From assembly GCA_963830365.1 (NCBI GenBank), contig CAWHMU010000046.1, forward strand, positions 79,041-143,040: DNA of 64,000 nt, written 5' to 3'. Of the stretch, positions 20,269-30,532 are shown one piece after another. The stretch is from an uncultured Chlamydiae bacterium (GTDB taxonomy: Bacteria > Chlamydiota > Chlamydiia > Chlamydiales > Parachlamydiaceae). Positions within the stretch are counted from its first letter, which is position 1; each line of letters opens with the position of its first letter. A program made the translations under genes and the position numbers. The notes beneath the pieces are model-generated. The model saw nothing but the letters and a program-made list of their open reading frames with translations. It was not told the DNA's origin and did not search any database.

Positions 20269-20700
20269 ATGTCGTGGTTACAGGAATTTAAAACGTTCGC
20301 CCTAAAGGGAAATATGGTCGATCTAGCCATTGGCGTCATCATAGGCACTGTTTTCGGCAAAGTCATCGCCTCCCTGGTCGCAGACATCATCATGCCGCCG
20401 CTTGGCCTCCTTATCGGCGGCGTGGATTTTGGCGCCCTCTCTCTCAAAATGCACCTGCCGGGAAGCTCGGCGGCACCGGTAGAGTTGAAATATGGGGCCT
20501 TTTTGAATACCGTGATTGACTTCCTGATAATCTCAGGGGTCATTTTTATCATCATTAAAATGATGAACAAGCTACGCGGCTCAAAAGCTGCAGAGGCGCC
20601 GACAACAAAAGAGTGTCCGGAATGCTTGATGTCCATCCCCCTGCGGGCAAAGAAATGCGGCCATTGCTGCTCGCAGCTAAAATTGGAAACCCGATCATGA
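20269..20700 (+). CDS. mscL: Large-conductance mechanosensitive channel with a C-terminal Cys-rich tail
   Basis: EFKTFALKGNMVDLAIGVIIG, YGAFLNTVIDFLI; ends in ECPECLMSIPLRAKKCGHC. Confidence 0.93.
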   Translation: MSWLQEFKTFALKGNMVDLAIGVIIGTVFGKVIASLVADIIMPPLGLLIGGVDFGALSLKMHLPGSSAAPVELKYGAFLNTVIDFLIISGVIFIIIKMMNKLRGSKAAEAPTTKECPECLMSIPLRAKKCGHCCSQLKLETRS

Positions 20701-21173
20701 TTAACGGTTTTTTATTTATTTTTGCCATCGGCTGTAGTTTTGCGCACCTGGCATACACAAAAGACTGCCGCTATCCTAGGTCGGCAGAGGTGTTTTTAAG
20801 TTACGTGCTCTTATTCAATATGGGGATGATGGGACTGCTTGCCGCCTACGCGCATGTCTTCATGGGTCCCGAGACGGCCAAAATGATTGGATGGCCGGCA
20901 GGCAGCCCCTTCCAGTTTGAAATCGGCATGGCAAACCTATCCTATGGAGTACTGGGCGTGCTGTCATATTGGATCAGGGGGCGCTTTTGGGAGGCTTGTG
21001 CCATCGGCTGGAGCGTTTTGTTGATCGGCTGTATGGTTGGACACCTGCATGATTATTTCGTCCACCACAACACGGCCCCGTACAATATCGGCGTAGCCAT
21101 CTGGTTTACCGACCTATTCCTGCCAATATTGGTGCTTGGCCTCCTGAAGGCGGTAAGAAGTCAGGCCAAATAG
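20697..21173 (+). CDS. Membrane protein (DUF6790-like)
   Basis: ATG overlaps the mscL stop; AKMIGWPAGSPFQFEIGMANL and N.APYN motifs. Confidence 0.7.
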   Translation: MINGFLFIFAIGCSFAHLAYTKDCRYPRSAEVFLSYVLLFNMGMMGLLAAYAHVFMGPETAKMIGWPAGSPFQFEIGMANLSYGVLGVLSYWIRGRFWEACAIGWSVLLIGCMVGHLHDYFVHHNTAPYNIGVAIWFTDLFLPILVLGLLKAVRSQAK

Positions 21174-21530
21174 CTATACCGGAGGCGGATAGAAACCCCG
21201 GCCAACTTTTTTAAAGAGGGAGCCGATGGTCACAAGAAAGGCTGGCCTATTTTCCTTTTCGTAGATATATGGCAGCGCCATGACGGCGCGGCACTTATGG
21301 CAAATGAGTGGTGATTTATGTTTCGCCCTGGTGGCGGATAGATTTTCGCATAGCTCTTTAGGCGCGATGATTCTATCGGCATACATCCTCTTCAATGGCC
21401 CTGGGCCATCTTTTTGATAGAGCAATAGATGCTGCTGGCAGGCTGCGCAGTAGATGTTCCAAAAGCGCGCATACCCCCCTCTGGCCTTACGGAAGCCATC
21501 CTGCTTGAGTTTATATGTTTGCCTTTCCAT
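21174..21530 (-). CDS. Hypothetical Cys-containing (possible Zn-ribbon) protein
   Basis: MERQTYK...RKARGGYAR...CAAC...YQKDGPGPLKRMY.DRI...CHKC...YEKENRPAF. Confidence 0.7.
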   Translation of the reverse strand: MERQTYKLKQDGFRKARGGYARFWNIYCAACQQHLLLYQKDGPGPLKRMYADRIIAPKELCENLSATRAKHKSPLICHKCRAVMALPYIYEKENRPAFLVTIGSLFKKVGRGFYPPPV

Positions 21531-21769
21531 CTCTTTCCACTCCCCTGGATCAATTCCATTCCTAGAAGCATAGCCCGGTAGCACTATGCCGTCAAATCCT
21601 ACCTCCCTGGAAGCGATGTTCCATAGAATTTTCTCTGCACCTCTTCACCATAGTAGATTTGAAGCTTGTTTTAACCTAGACCGAAAAACCGCCGAAGGGA
21701 TTGGAATTGACAGTATATCTTTAAAACTTGTTATATGTGATTTTTGAAATTATACCCCTGTGAAGTTCC

Positions 21770-23227
21770 ATGTTTAATTCTATTATACAGTTTGGCAGCC
21801 GGCTTTTCTTCAATAAAACCAACCGGCTTAAAAAGCTAGAAACTAGGGCATTAAAGGAACTGTCACTGCTCGACTATCCTCCGCGCAAAGGTTGGCTCCC
21901 CGCCAGAAAAACATCCCAAGGGGTACACATCTACGATGTCGTCATCATCGGTGCCGGTCAGTCGGCAATCGGCTTTGCCATCTCGCTCATCAGGGAGAAG
22001 GTCACCAATATCATCCTGTTTGATGTCTGCGACAAAGGCCATGAAGGGCCTTGGTTGACGTATGCGCGCATGGAAAGGTTACGCACCCCCAAATATACGC
22101 TAGGACCTGATTGCGACATTCCTAGCCTGACCTTTCAGGAATGGTATGAAGCCTGTTATGGTTCTAAAGCATGGCATAGCATGCATTTCATCCCACGCAA
22201 AGATTGGGCAGCTTACCTGCTATGGCTGCGCACCTTTCTTAACCTCCCCATTGTCAATGACGCTGAAGCAGGAATAATCCAATGGTTGCCTGAGGAAAAT
22301 TGTTTCATGGTCCCCATTAATGCCAAACAGATGGAAGATGTATATGCCCGCAAAATCATTTTGGCTACCGGGCTGCAGGGCAGCGGTGAATGGACTGTGC
22401 CTGACCATATCAGAAGTAATATCCCCCACGCATACTATCATCAGTCAAGCGAAAACATCGACTTCCAGGCTTTTAAAGGGAAGAAAATTGGCATCCTGGG
22501 TGCCGGCCCCTGCGCCTTCGATGACGCCCTGATGTGCTGTGAGCATGGCGCCGAAGAAGTGCATATCTACTCGAAGAAGTCAAAACTCGTCAATCTGCAC
22601 GTCTTTCTCTGGGGTGAATTTGTGGGTTTCCTAAAAAGTTTTCCCAGCCTATCCGATGGAGCAAAATGGCGCTTCATCACTAAAATGTTTGAAATTGGGC
22701 AACCCCCAACCCCGCAAAGTGTAGAACTTGTCAAAGCTAAAAAAAACATTAGCTTTCATTTCTCAAGTCCGTGGATAGGCTCCAAGATGGTGGATGGAAA
22801 ACCTATGGTGATTACCCCAAATGGTGAGGAGAGCTTCGATTTCCTCATTATCGCCATCGGCTGGACGATTGACCTGCATTTAAGAAACGAATTGCATCAT
22901 TTTCGCGATAAGATTGCGCTTTGGAAAGACAGATTCACCCCGCCGGCAGGACAGACTAATGAGATGCTATTGCACTCCCCATATCTTGGCAAAGGCTCGA
23001 ATTTCTGTGAAAAAGTTCCCGGCACAGCCCCCTATTTGCCTTCCATCTTCAATTGCACAGGCGGCGCCATCTTAAGTTGCGGCTTTAATGCAGGCGTCGG
23101 CCTGACAGGTATGAAATATAGCCTTAAAAGCGTTATCGACGAAGTCGTAAGCCAGCTATTTATCGAAGATAGTGCTTATTTCTATGACACTCTGAAAAAC
23201 TACGACCATCGCATATTCGAAAGTTAA
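21770..23227 (+). CDS. FAD/NAD(P)-dependent oxidoreductase, HpyO (urate hydroxylase)-like
   Basis: Two Rossmann motifs (IIGAGQS, ILGAGPC) and EGPWLTYARMERLRTPK, which resembles the HpyO family. Confidence 0.75.
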   Translation: MFNSIIQFGSRLFFNKTNRLKKLETRALKELSLLDYPPRKGWLPARKTSQGVHIYDVVIIGAGQSAIGFAISLIREKVTNIILFDVCDKGHEGPWLTYARMERLRTPKYTLGPDCDIPSLTFQEWYEACYGSKAWHSMHFIPRKDWAAYLLWLRTFLNLPIVNDAEAGIIQWLPEENCFMVPINAKQMEDVYARKIILATGLQGSGEWTVPDHIRSNIPHAYYHQSSENIDFQAFKGKKIGILGAGPCAFDDALMCCEHGAEEVHIYSKKSKLVNLHVFLWGEFVGFLKSFPSLSDGAKWRFITKMFEIGQPPTPQSVELVKAKKNISFHFSSPWIGSKMVDGKPMVITPNGEESFDFLIIAIGWTIDLHLRNELHHFRDKIALWKDRFTPPAGQTNEMLLHSPYLGKGSNFCEKVPGTAPYLPSIFNCTGGAILSCGFNAGVGLTGMKYSLKSVIDEVVSQLFIEDSAYFYDTLKNYDHRIFES

Positions 23228-23341
23228 GCAGCTGTCAAAAATCGTTCTTTGCTCGATTTGCCGCAGAGCAAAAGTATGCGCCTTTAATTTGCAAAACAGC
23301 TAAAAACATTTAAACCTGCGGATCACGAAGGAGAATTCAAC

Positions 23342-23986
23342 ATGCTGCCCCTTAGCGATGACAACACGGGCCGCCGCTCATTTCCAGCCATCACCTATGC
23401 CCTGATTGCATTGAACATCCTCATTTTCTTTTTGGAATTAGCAGGCGGAGAGGCCTTCATTACGAAATGGGCCTTTGTTCCCAGCAGATTTCTGGCTGCA
23501 CCGGCGGCAAATATGATCACTCTATTCACTTCCATGTTCATGCACAGCGGCTGGGCTCATCTACTAGGTAATATGCTTTATCTATGGATCTTCGGAGATA
23601 ATATTGAAGACAGCTTCGGCAAAATCAAATATGCGTGCTTCTATCTGGCATGCGGTATCGCCGCCACGTTTTCGCAACTTGTGTTTAATGCCGGATCCAA
23701 CTTGCCAAATTTAGGCGCATCAGGCGCCATTGCAGGGGTGCTTGGCGCCTATATTTTCATATGGCCGCAAGGAAAAATCAAAGTCTTGCTTGGCAGGTCA
23801 ATCACTCAGATGCCGGCACTGATCGTTATTGGTTTTTGGTTCCTTTTGCAATTCGTTAGCGGCATCGGCTCCATGTCAGCTACACAAGATACCGGTGGCG
23901 TGGCTTATATGGCACACATCGGCGGCTTTATTGCCGGCTTGCTATTGGCCATGGTATTTAAGGCGACAACCCCTGCCAAGCCTTAA
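23342..23986 (+). CDS. Rhomboid intramembrane serine protease
   Basis: FMHSGWAHLLGNM, GASGA, AHIGG. Confidence 0.92.
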   Translation: MLPLSDDNTGRRSFPAITYALIALNILIFFLELAGGEAFITKWAFVPSRFLAAPAANMITLFTSMFMHSGWAHLLGNMLYLWIFGDNIEDSFGKIKYACFYLACGIAATFSQLVFNAGSNLPNLGASGAIAGVLGAYIFIWPQGKIKVLLGRSITQMPALIVIGFWFLLQFVSGIGSMSATQDTGGVAYMAHIGGFIAGLLLAMVFKATTPAKP

Positions 23987-24105
23987 GATGTCGTTTAATC
24001 CGACAGTCCGGCAAATGCACATAACGCGGCGGAGCTCCTATATGGGGAGTCCAAAGGGTTTTCACCGCATAGGCAGGGATTGTTAAGGCACAGAGCCCCC
24101 TATTC

Positions 24106-24951
24106 TTAACCAAGCTCGAAGGTGGTGATGCCGTATATACCTTGTAAATCGATCTGGGGGGTGCCATTTCGATACATACGCACGACTTGAAATTGCGGCG
24201 TCATCTGGTAGTATCTGGCCAGCAACTCAGCATGCTGGTTGGGTTCCGGGATATCCAGATAGACGGGACCTTCGCCAATTTGCATACCTAAGGCTTCAAA
24301 TAACGCTTGAGCGGCAGTGGGCGTATCGGCAAAGAGCGGCCCTATCTTATAACCTTGGCAGCATTTGCGGATCACACCGTAGCCGAGCAGCTGTTGATCT
24401 ACGACATAGGCCAGGGCATAGCTGTCGGCTTGGGCAATCCATCGTTGCAGAAAAGCCGGACGGGGCGCGGGGAAATATTTTCGATCAAAGGCTGCCAATT
24501 GGGCAAAGGGGATTTTTTTTAGATCTACGGTATGGGTAGAGGTGGAAAACATCGGCCGGAAGGTGAAGGCATAGCGCGTGTTGGTGTGTGCGGAAATATA
24601 ACCCAGCCGCTGGTATTTCGACATCTTGTCCAGCACCCCATCAAGCCCTGTCATACGGTTGCCGACATATTTCAAACGCTCGTTAGTCAATTGGATGCCA
24701 TAGCCTCGCTGGCGGAATTCCGGTTTTACAATGTACAGGCCGCAAAAGGCGAAGCTGTCATCATACACCACGGCAGAGCCGGTGGCAATGGGCTCGCCAT
24801 TTAAAAGACCCAAGAAAAAGCCTTGGTGGTCGGCCTGATAAAAGCATTGAGCATCTTCAAGACCGGGATTCCAACCTTCCGCCTGTGCCCAGTCAATGGC
24901 AAGCTGCACTTCAGATGCGGCCATTCTTCTGACAGTGAATTTATCGGTCAT
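24106..24951 (-). CDS. GNAT acetyltransferase (YitH/HolE-like)
   Basis: AEGWNPG, GLYIVKPEFRQRGYG, YKIGPLFAD, GITTFELG. Confidence 0.88.
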   Translation of the reverse strand: MTDKFTVRRMAASEVQLAIDWAQAEGWNPGLEDAQCFYQADHQGFFLGLLNGEPIATGSAVVYDDSFAFCGLYIVKPEFRQRGYGIQLTNERLKYVGNRMTGLDGVLDKMSKYQRLGYISAHTNTRYAFTFRPMFSTSTHTVDLKKIPFAQLAAFDRKYFPAPRPAFLQRWIAQADSYALAYVVDQQLLGYGVIRKCCQGYKIGPLFADTPTAAQALFEALGMQIGEGPVYLDIPEPNQHAELLARYYQMTPQFQVVRMYRNGTPQIDLQGIYGITTFELG

Positions 24952-25867
24952 TGGCTGATCCTTCTAGCTGATCTTTTACAATAGGATGGTATCGATACCA
25001 GTGATCGGCAATCTCTTCGCGCCGGCAGATCCATACTTTATCAAATTTTTTGATATAGTCAATAAAACGTCGCAGGGCATCGCAGCGGCCGGGCCTTCCC
25101 GAAAGACGCGCATGCAGGCCTATCGTCATGATCTTGGGATGCGTTGCGCCTTCGCGGTACAGCTGGTCAAAAGTGGCTTTAAGGGTGTTTAAGAAATCCT
25201 CACCACTGCTCCAACCGGGTATCAGCGCATACCGGGCGTCATTGGTATCAAGATTATAGGGAATGATCAAATGCGGCTGATGAGGCACAGGATCCCAATA
25301 CGGCAAGTCATCGGCATAACTGTCTGAGTCGTAGCGCAGCCCGGCGGCTATCAGCAAGCGGCGCGTATTTTGACTGCGCCTCCCTGTATACCACCCGCTG
25401 ACTTGCTTCTGCGTGAGACTCTGGATGATATGGATGGTTTTTGCAATATGTGCGCGTTCAACATCTTCGCCAACGTCGCGGTAGTCAATCCAACGGTAGC
25501 CATGCCCTGCGATCTCATGCCGGCTATGCTTCAACTTTTGGGCTAGTTGTAAATTACGCTCCAACGCCAATCCCGTCGCAAAGACCGTTAAGGGCAGGCT
25601 GAAATCGTCAAACAGCTGCAGCAGGCGCCAAACGCCGGCCCGGCTGCCATATTCAAATAGCGATTCTACAGATAAATGGCGCGCCCCTTTCAAAGCGATA
25701 GCGCCCGGCAGATCCGTCAGATGACTCTCTGATTGACTGTCGCCATCCATTACATTGGACTCTGCCCCCTCTTCATAATTAAGCACAAAATTGACGGCAA
25801 GCCGGGCGTTTTGCGGCCAGGCGACTTTTGGCAGACGCCCGCCGTAACCGATTAAATCACGTGACAT
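24941..25867 (-). CDS. puuE: Allantoinase PuuE (polysaccharide deacetylase fold)
   Basis: RDLIGYG, VNFVLNYEEGAE, ESLFEYGSRAGVWR, GHGYRW, GWYTGR, YDSDSYADDLPYW, GLHARLSGRPGR. Confidence 0.85.
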   Translation of the reverse strand: MSRDLIGYGGRLPKVAWPQNARLAVNFVLNYEEGAESNVMDGDSQSESHLTDLPGAIALKGARHLSVESLFEYGSRAGVWRLLQLFDDFSLPLTVFATGLALERNLQLAQKLKHSRHEIAGHGYRWIDYRDVGEDVERAHIAKTIHIIQSLTQKQVSGWYTGRRSQNTRRLLIAAGLRYDSDSYADDLPYWDPVPHQPHLIIPYNLDTNDARYALIPGWSSGEDFLNTLKATFDQLYREGATHPKIMTIGLHARLSGRPGRCDALRRFIDYIKKFDKVWICRREEIADHWYRYHPIVKDQLEGSANDR

Positions 25868-26222
25868 AGCATACCCAAAAAATTTAGCGTCCAAAATCCC
25901 CCATCGCAACTTTCATCTTTAAAATCCTTTATGCGAGCATTTTTTTGAAGATATTTCTGCAAATTCTTGGGCATGATCATCTTTGCAATAAAAACTTTCG
26001 GTCACTGAGCTGTAAACTTGGTCCTTGCCATACTTTTAAAAACCATTTTGTATTTTCTTTTTTATCCCATCCATGCTTTACTCTAATGGCAATCCCACCA
26101 TATTTAGAGGCTGGGACAATACGTATAGTCGGGAAATTTCTGGCAAAATATGCCATGAACTCAAGGGTATCCGCCTGACAAATCAGCTGCTTATGCACCC
26201 ATCAACATGAGATAGGCCATAG

Positions 26223-26990
26223 ATGAGATATTATATTTTAGTGAGTATGGCTTTATATAGCTGGCCCGGTTTTGCCGCATCCCCCTCCAGAGTGATTCCA
26301 GATGAGTTCTATGATCAATTTACGCTGAATGGAACAATCCCAATTCAATATACATATTTAGACGATTCTTATGCAGCTACAACCCCAAAACACTATGCTA
26401 AACAAGAAATTGATCAATGCATTGGAAAAATCCACAGAAAGGCATGTGGACATTACGGCGTGACGGATACATGGCTGTACCAGGCTTTAGAAAAGTATCC
26501 AATCATCGGGAAAGAAGTCGCCATTGTCGGCTCGGCAACACCTTGGTATGAAAGCGTGGTCATCGCCTACGGTGGCTATCCCACAACCATAGAATACAAT
26601 AGTATTGTCACAGATGATCCACGGCTGACAATATTGACTGTTGATGAATATATAAGTCATCCAAAGAAATTTGATGTCGTACTTTCTATTTCAAGCATCG
26701 AGCATGATGGTCTAGGAAGATATGGAGACCCTATTAATCCAAATGCCGATCTTGAATTCATGAAAATGGCAAAAAATGTCTTGCTCAAAGAGTCCGGTCA
26801 TATGATCCTGGCAGTGCCTATCGGTCAGGACGTAATGAGTTGGAATGCGCATAGAATTTATGGACCAATCAGATTTCCTAAGTTAATCCAGGGCTGGACC
26901 ATCCAAGACTCTTTTGGCTTCACTGAAGCCGAATTTAATGGGGCTTTTGGCAACTATGGCTATCAACCTATTTTCTATTTAGCGCCATAA
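26223..26990 (+). CDS. DUF268-like methyltransferase-fold protein with a signal peptide
   Basis: VGSATPWYE, TIEYN, SSIEHDGLGRYGDPINP..D, AVPIGQD...NAHRIYG..RF. Confidence 0.75.
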   Translation: MRYYILVSMALYSWPGFAASPSRVIPDEFYDQFTLNGTIPIQYTYLDDSYAATTPKHYAKQEIDQCIGKIHRKACGHYGVTDTWLYQALEKYPIIGKEVAIVGSATPWYESVVIAYGGYPTTIEYNSIVTDDPRLTILTVDEYISHPKKFDVVLSISSIEHDGLGRYGDPINPNADLEFMKMAKNVLLKESGHMILAVPIGQDVMSWNAHRIYGPIRFPKLIQGWTIQDSFGFTEAEFNGAFGNYGYQPIFYLAP

Positions 26991-27132
26991 AAGACACGAC
27001 CATCCTAAAAGCTTCCCTAATGGCGTCAGGCAGGCCTTGGCAATTACCATTCACATAGCCGGCATCGGATTTAAGAGGGCTCGGATTTAAAAGGGCTTAG
27101 ATTGGCCACCACACCACAGGCCTTTGATAATG

Positions 27133-27160
27133 AAGCGGCGGGGCTGGCCCCGCCGCACTT
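27133..27160 (-). terminator. GC-rich hairpin downstream of 27181-27705
   Basis: GCGGCGGGGC-TG-GCCCCGCCGC. Confidence 0.5.
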
Positions 27161-27180
27161 ATGACAACTTCTTGAACGTA

Positions 27181-27705
27181 TTAGTCAAGCTGAACAATAT
27201 TTATGGAAACGCTGGTATTTTGCAAAGTGCCGGCTCCGTCAACGGTACCTAGCAGGGCAATTGGCGACAAGGTTGTATTGACCAATTGGATTGTATCTCC
27301 AGCAGAAAGAGAAACAATCACGTGGCCCGATGTGCTCAAGGTGATTAAATTATCAGGGGTATCAGTACCGCTATGCGAAGCCACAACGCTTCCACCAATA
27401 AGGACGGAATTACGTAGAAGACCTACACTCCAAGGGCCTGGTATCTGAGTGCCGTCAGTCGAGAGGCCGCCTACCACATTAAAACCGATTTCATAATTAC
27501 CAGCCGTAATGATCGTAATCGTTTGTCTATCAGCAGAAATTGAAATGTTATTTACCGAGTTGTTGAGGTCAAAGGTTGCAACCGCTTCTGAAGCCAGAGG
27601 TTGAGTGCTGATGCTGTAAAAGTTACCAAATGAAGTAATAGCAAATGCCGACGTGCTAACGGCAAGCATTAAAAAGGTAACACTGCTAAGCAGGATTTTT
27701 TTCAT
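27181..27705 (-). CDS. Secreted beta-rich protein (BclA C-terminal/C1q-like)
   Basis: SD AAGGAG, signal peptide ending AFA, ITIITAGNYEIGF, VSLSAGDTIQLVN, SINIVQL. Confidence 0.7.
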   Translation of the reverse strand: MKKILLSSVTFLMLAVSTSAFAITSFGNFYSISTQPLASEAVATFDLNNSVNNISISADRQTITIITAGNYEIGFNVVGGLSTDGTQIPGPWSVGLLRNSVLIGGSVVASHSGTDTPDNLITLSTSGHVIVSLSAGDTIQLVNTTLSPIALLGTVDGAGTLQNTSVSINIVQLD

Positions 27706-27949
27706 AACGTCTCCTTATGATTGTTGTTCAAGATTCGCCAGCCATTCCAACCTGAATTTTGGCTTCAAAATGGATGGACTAGGTAAAACAGATGTGTAAA
27801 TACAAACTTTATATTTGTCAACATTTTCAACATGAGTGTATGCTAAACAACGGGGATTTTCATCTAAAGGCACTGTGTTATAATGCCCTTATGTCAAGAT
27901 AGGGTGAAATTTTTCGGATAAACGATAGTTTTAAAAGGGATGTTTACCA

Positions 27950-28897
27950 TTGAAGAGCGCTTTTCTGGCTTGTTGCCTCTTGTTAAACCCCCTCAATCTT
28001 GTCTTGACGGTGCATTCTCATGCCGCTCAAGATAAGCCATTTGTGACCTGCTGGCTGCAAAGCGGCCAGCTAGGCAACCAGCTTTTCGAAATAGCGGCCA
28101 CTTTGGCATATGCTTGGGACAACGAGGCCGCCCCGCTGTTTCCGGGGCTCACCAAAACCGATTTTAACATCCCGATCAACCGGGACCGCATCTTTTTCAG
28201 ACTCGATGCGTCACCACTGCCAAGACCAATTCTTCATACCTTCGAGCAGCTGCTTAACTATGAAAAAATAGATATTCCTGTTAGACCCGACCAATTGCTA
28301 ATCGGATATTTTCAAACATGGGAATATTTTGATCATCATCGGGAAAAAATTCTGAAGGTGTTCGCACCCCGCCCTGAGGAGTTGAAGCGCCTAAAAAACA
28401 AGCATGCAGCTTTACTAGACCGTCCCTTCACCGTCGGCTTGCATGTGCGCACCTTCAATAAGCAATGGAGCGAATATATTCCCTTCGTGGGGCTCAGTTA
28501 TTACGAAAAGGCGCTGCGCCTATTTCCTGATGACGCGCTGTTTGTGGTATTTTCCGATCGCATCGGCTGGTGCAAGCATCACTTTGCCAAATTTGATCGG
28601 CCGTTTATCTTCATCGAAGATCAAGATCATATCGAAGACTTCTTTCTGATGTCGATGCTGCAGCATAATATTATCGGCAACTCGACGTTCTCCTGGTGGG
28701 CAGCTTATCTCAATCAAAATCCCCACAAAATTGTCGTAGCCCCTTCCCATTTTGTCCACCCCAACGTATTAGCGCAAGTCAATGCCAATCTGCCTGCCTG
28801 GCAAACCATCGCTATTGAGTCCGACTCTGCCTTAGCGCCTTATCCTGAGGACATACGTGACTATGACAGCCATTCAAAATCAATCGACACTCAATGA
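27950..28897 (+). CDS. Alpha-1,2-fucosyltransferase (GT11)
   Basis: GQLGNQLF, GYFQ, VGLHVR, VFSD, NSTFSWWAAYL. Confidence 0.88.
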   Translation: MKSAFLACCLLLNPLNLVLTVHSHAAQDKPFVTCWLQSGQLGNQLFEIAATLAYAWDNEAAPLFPGLTKTDFNIPINRDRIFFRLDASPLPRPILHTFEQLLNYEKIDIPVRPDQLLIGYFQTWEYFDHHREKILKVFAPRPEELKRLKNKHAALLDRPFTVGLHVRTFNKQWSEYIPFVGLSYYEKALRLFPDDALFVVFSDRIGWCKHHFAKFDRPFIFIEDQDHIEDFFLMSMLQHNIIGNSTFSWWAAYLNQNPHKIVVAPSHFVHPNVLAQVNANLPAWQTIAIESDSALAPYPEDIRDYDSHSKSIDTQ

Positions 28898-29318
28898 TGG
28901 AAATCCTTGTGCACAAATAAGAGGTCCCACTCTAAATGGATGACAAAGAGATATCCCCTTTCGAAAGCAATGGGATAAAGCGGGCATCTTCATAATTATC
29001 CTCCAAAACGATCACCTCAATTTTAAATCTGGAGAAGCCGGTGCTGGCAATGATATCAACTTTGCCTCCCTTTGTATCAATACTCACACGACTAACCGCA
29101 CGTGGTATAATATCGCATAGCATTTTAAGCGCATATGGCAAGGTTTTCTTGTTTTTTTGTTAGGGCATGAGACGGTCGTTCATCGGTTACGCAAAGAGTC
29201 ATGAAAAGTTACCGGTTTTTGCTGCACGGTTTTTTGCCCCAGGGAGCATCTCTGGTTGCAAAAGAAATGTTCAAACATTAGCATGTTTTTTTGTTCAAAA
29301 CTTGATTGGAGTTACATT

Positions 29319-30101
29319 ATGCTAAAACGAATGCTTTGTTTTGTTTTAATGATTTCTGGACATCTTTTTGCAGAGACTAGCCCTTATGAATATCAATTTG
29401 AAGGGCTCTTTGAAGAACTCTATCAGGCTGGTCGTTATGAATTAATTGCGAAAATTATTGACCCCGATGATGTCATACTTGAAGCTGGTGGGTTCGATGG
29501 AAGTGACACAGTTGTTTTAGCTACTATCGTTCCTCAAGGGAAAGTTATTAGTTTTGAGCCAAACCCACCCCGTTATGAAGAACTTACGGCTAAAACAAAA
29601 GATCTTTCCAATGTTACTTCCTACCCTTTTGCATTGGCTGAGAAGAATGGAATGATTACATTTTATGTTTGTTATGGAGCACAAGATGACCCTGTTTATG
29701 AGGGCGCTAGTTCAGTCTTGCCTCCTTCAGAATCAATGACAATCAATTATCAAGGACCTAGAATAGAAGTACCTTGCTGTATTTTAGATGATTGGTGCCG
29801 AAAAAATAATCAAAATAAAATTGACTTTATGTGGTTGGACTTAGAAGGGTTTGAATTACAGGTACTTAAGAGTTCCCCCCACATTTTAAGTACGGTCAAG
29901 GCTATGTATATTGAGACTAATTTTTATGAATTTAGAAATGAGATGACCTTATATAAGGATCTACAAATATTCCTAGAAAAAAGTGGCTTTCGATTGCTTT
30001 CACATGTCTATTACAAGGGATATCAGGGAAATGCAATATTTGTTCGAGCAGAATTATTTGATGTAATCATTCAAAAAATATTGTTGAAGTCACAGAAATA
30101 G
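29319..30101 (+). CDS. FkbM-family methyltransferase
   Basis: ILEAGGFDG, ISFEPNP, IDFMWLDLEGFELQVL, NAIF; start at MLKRMLCF. Confidence 0.88.
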   Translation: MLKRMLCFVLMISGHLFAETSPYEYQFEGLFEELYQAGRYELIAKIIDPDDVILEAGGFDGSDTVVLATIVPQGKVISFEPNPPRYEELTAKTKDLSNVTSYPFALAEKNGMITFYVCYGAQDDPVYEGASSVLPPSESMTINYQGPRIEVPCCILDDWCRKNNQNKIDFMWLDLEGFELQVLKSSPHILSTVKAMYIETNFYEFRNEMTLYKDLQIFLEKSGFRLLSHVYYKGYQGNAIFVRAELFDVIIQKILLKSQK

Positions 30102-30145
30102 TTTTTCGAGCGGGCTGCTTGGTTATGCTGAGCAGTCACTGGTAA

Positions 30146-30309
30146 TATACCACGCGCGGTTAGGTTGTATCCATTTTGACTGCGCCAAAGCCGCGCAGTT
30201 GAACGATCGGAAGTGACCTCATACTGGAGTATTGGATTACTTTCGACCATTCAACTGCGGGAGTTTTCGCGTTGCCGAAATATAAACAACCAACCAGGCG
30301 TGGCATATC
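30146..30309. mobile_element. Small TA-flanked MITE with an internal long hairpin
   Basis: TATACCACGCGCGGTTAGGTTG ... CAACCAACCAGGCGTGGCATA; internal CGCAGTTGAA...TTCAACTGCG; a related end lies at 29092-29109. Confidence 0.5.
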
Positions 30310-30532
30310 ATAGCCTAGGTCGGAACGAAGTGCAGACCTGGGAAAATCAATTTTTAATGCAGAGTCCTGCAGGGACGGCATAATATTCAACAACACATGA
30401 CCAAAAGTGATCGGGAACGCAAGGTATATCCATTTTACGCAAGAAATGTCATGCTGTAGCAACTCGTTGCCGGGAATCGTTTGACATCTTTTTCAACCTT
30501 CTCTAAATATTCCTTTTGAACGATGGATCATC

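Noticed and set aside
28932..29141. 69-aa minus-strand ORF, and similarly 36129-36323
   Set aside because: Possible gene remnants, but with no recognisable family or good start, so not called.
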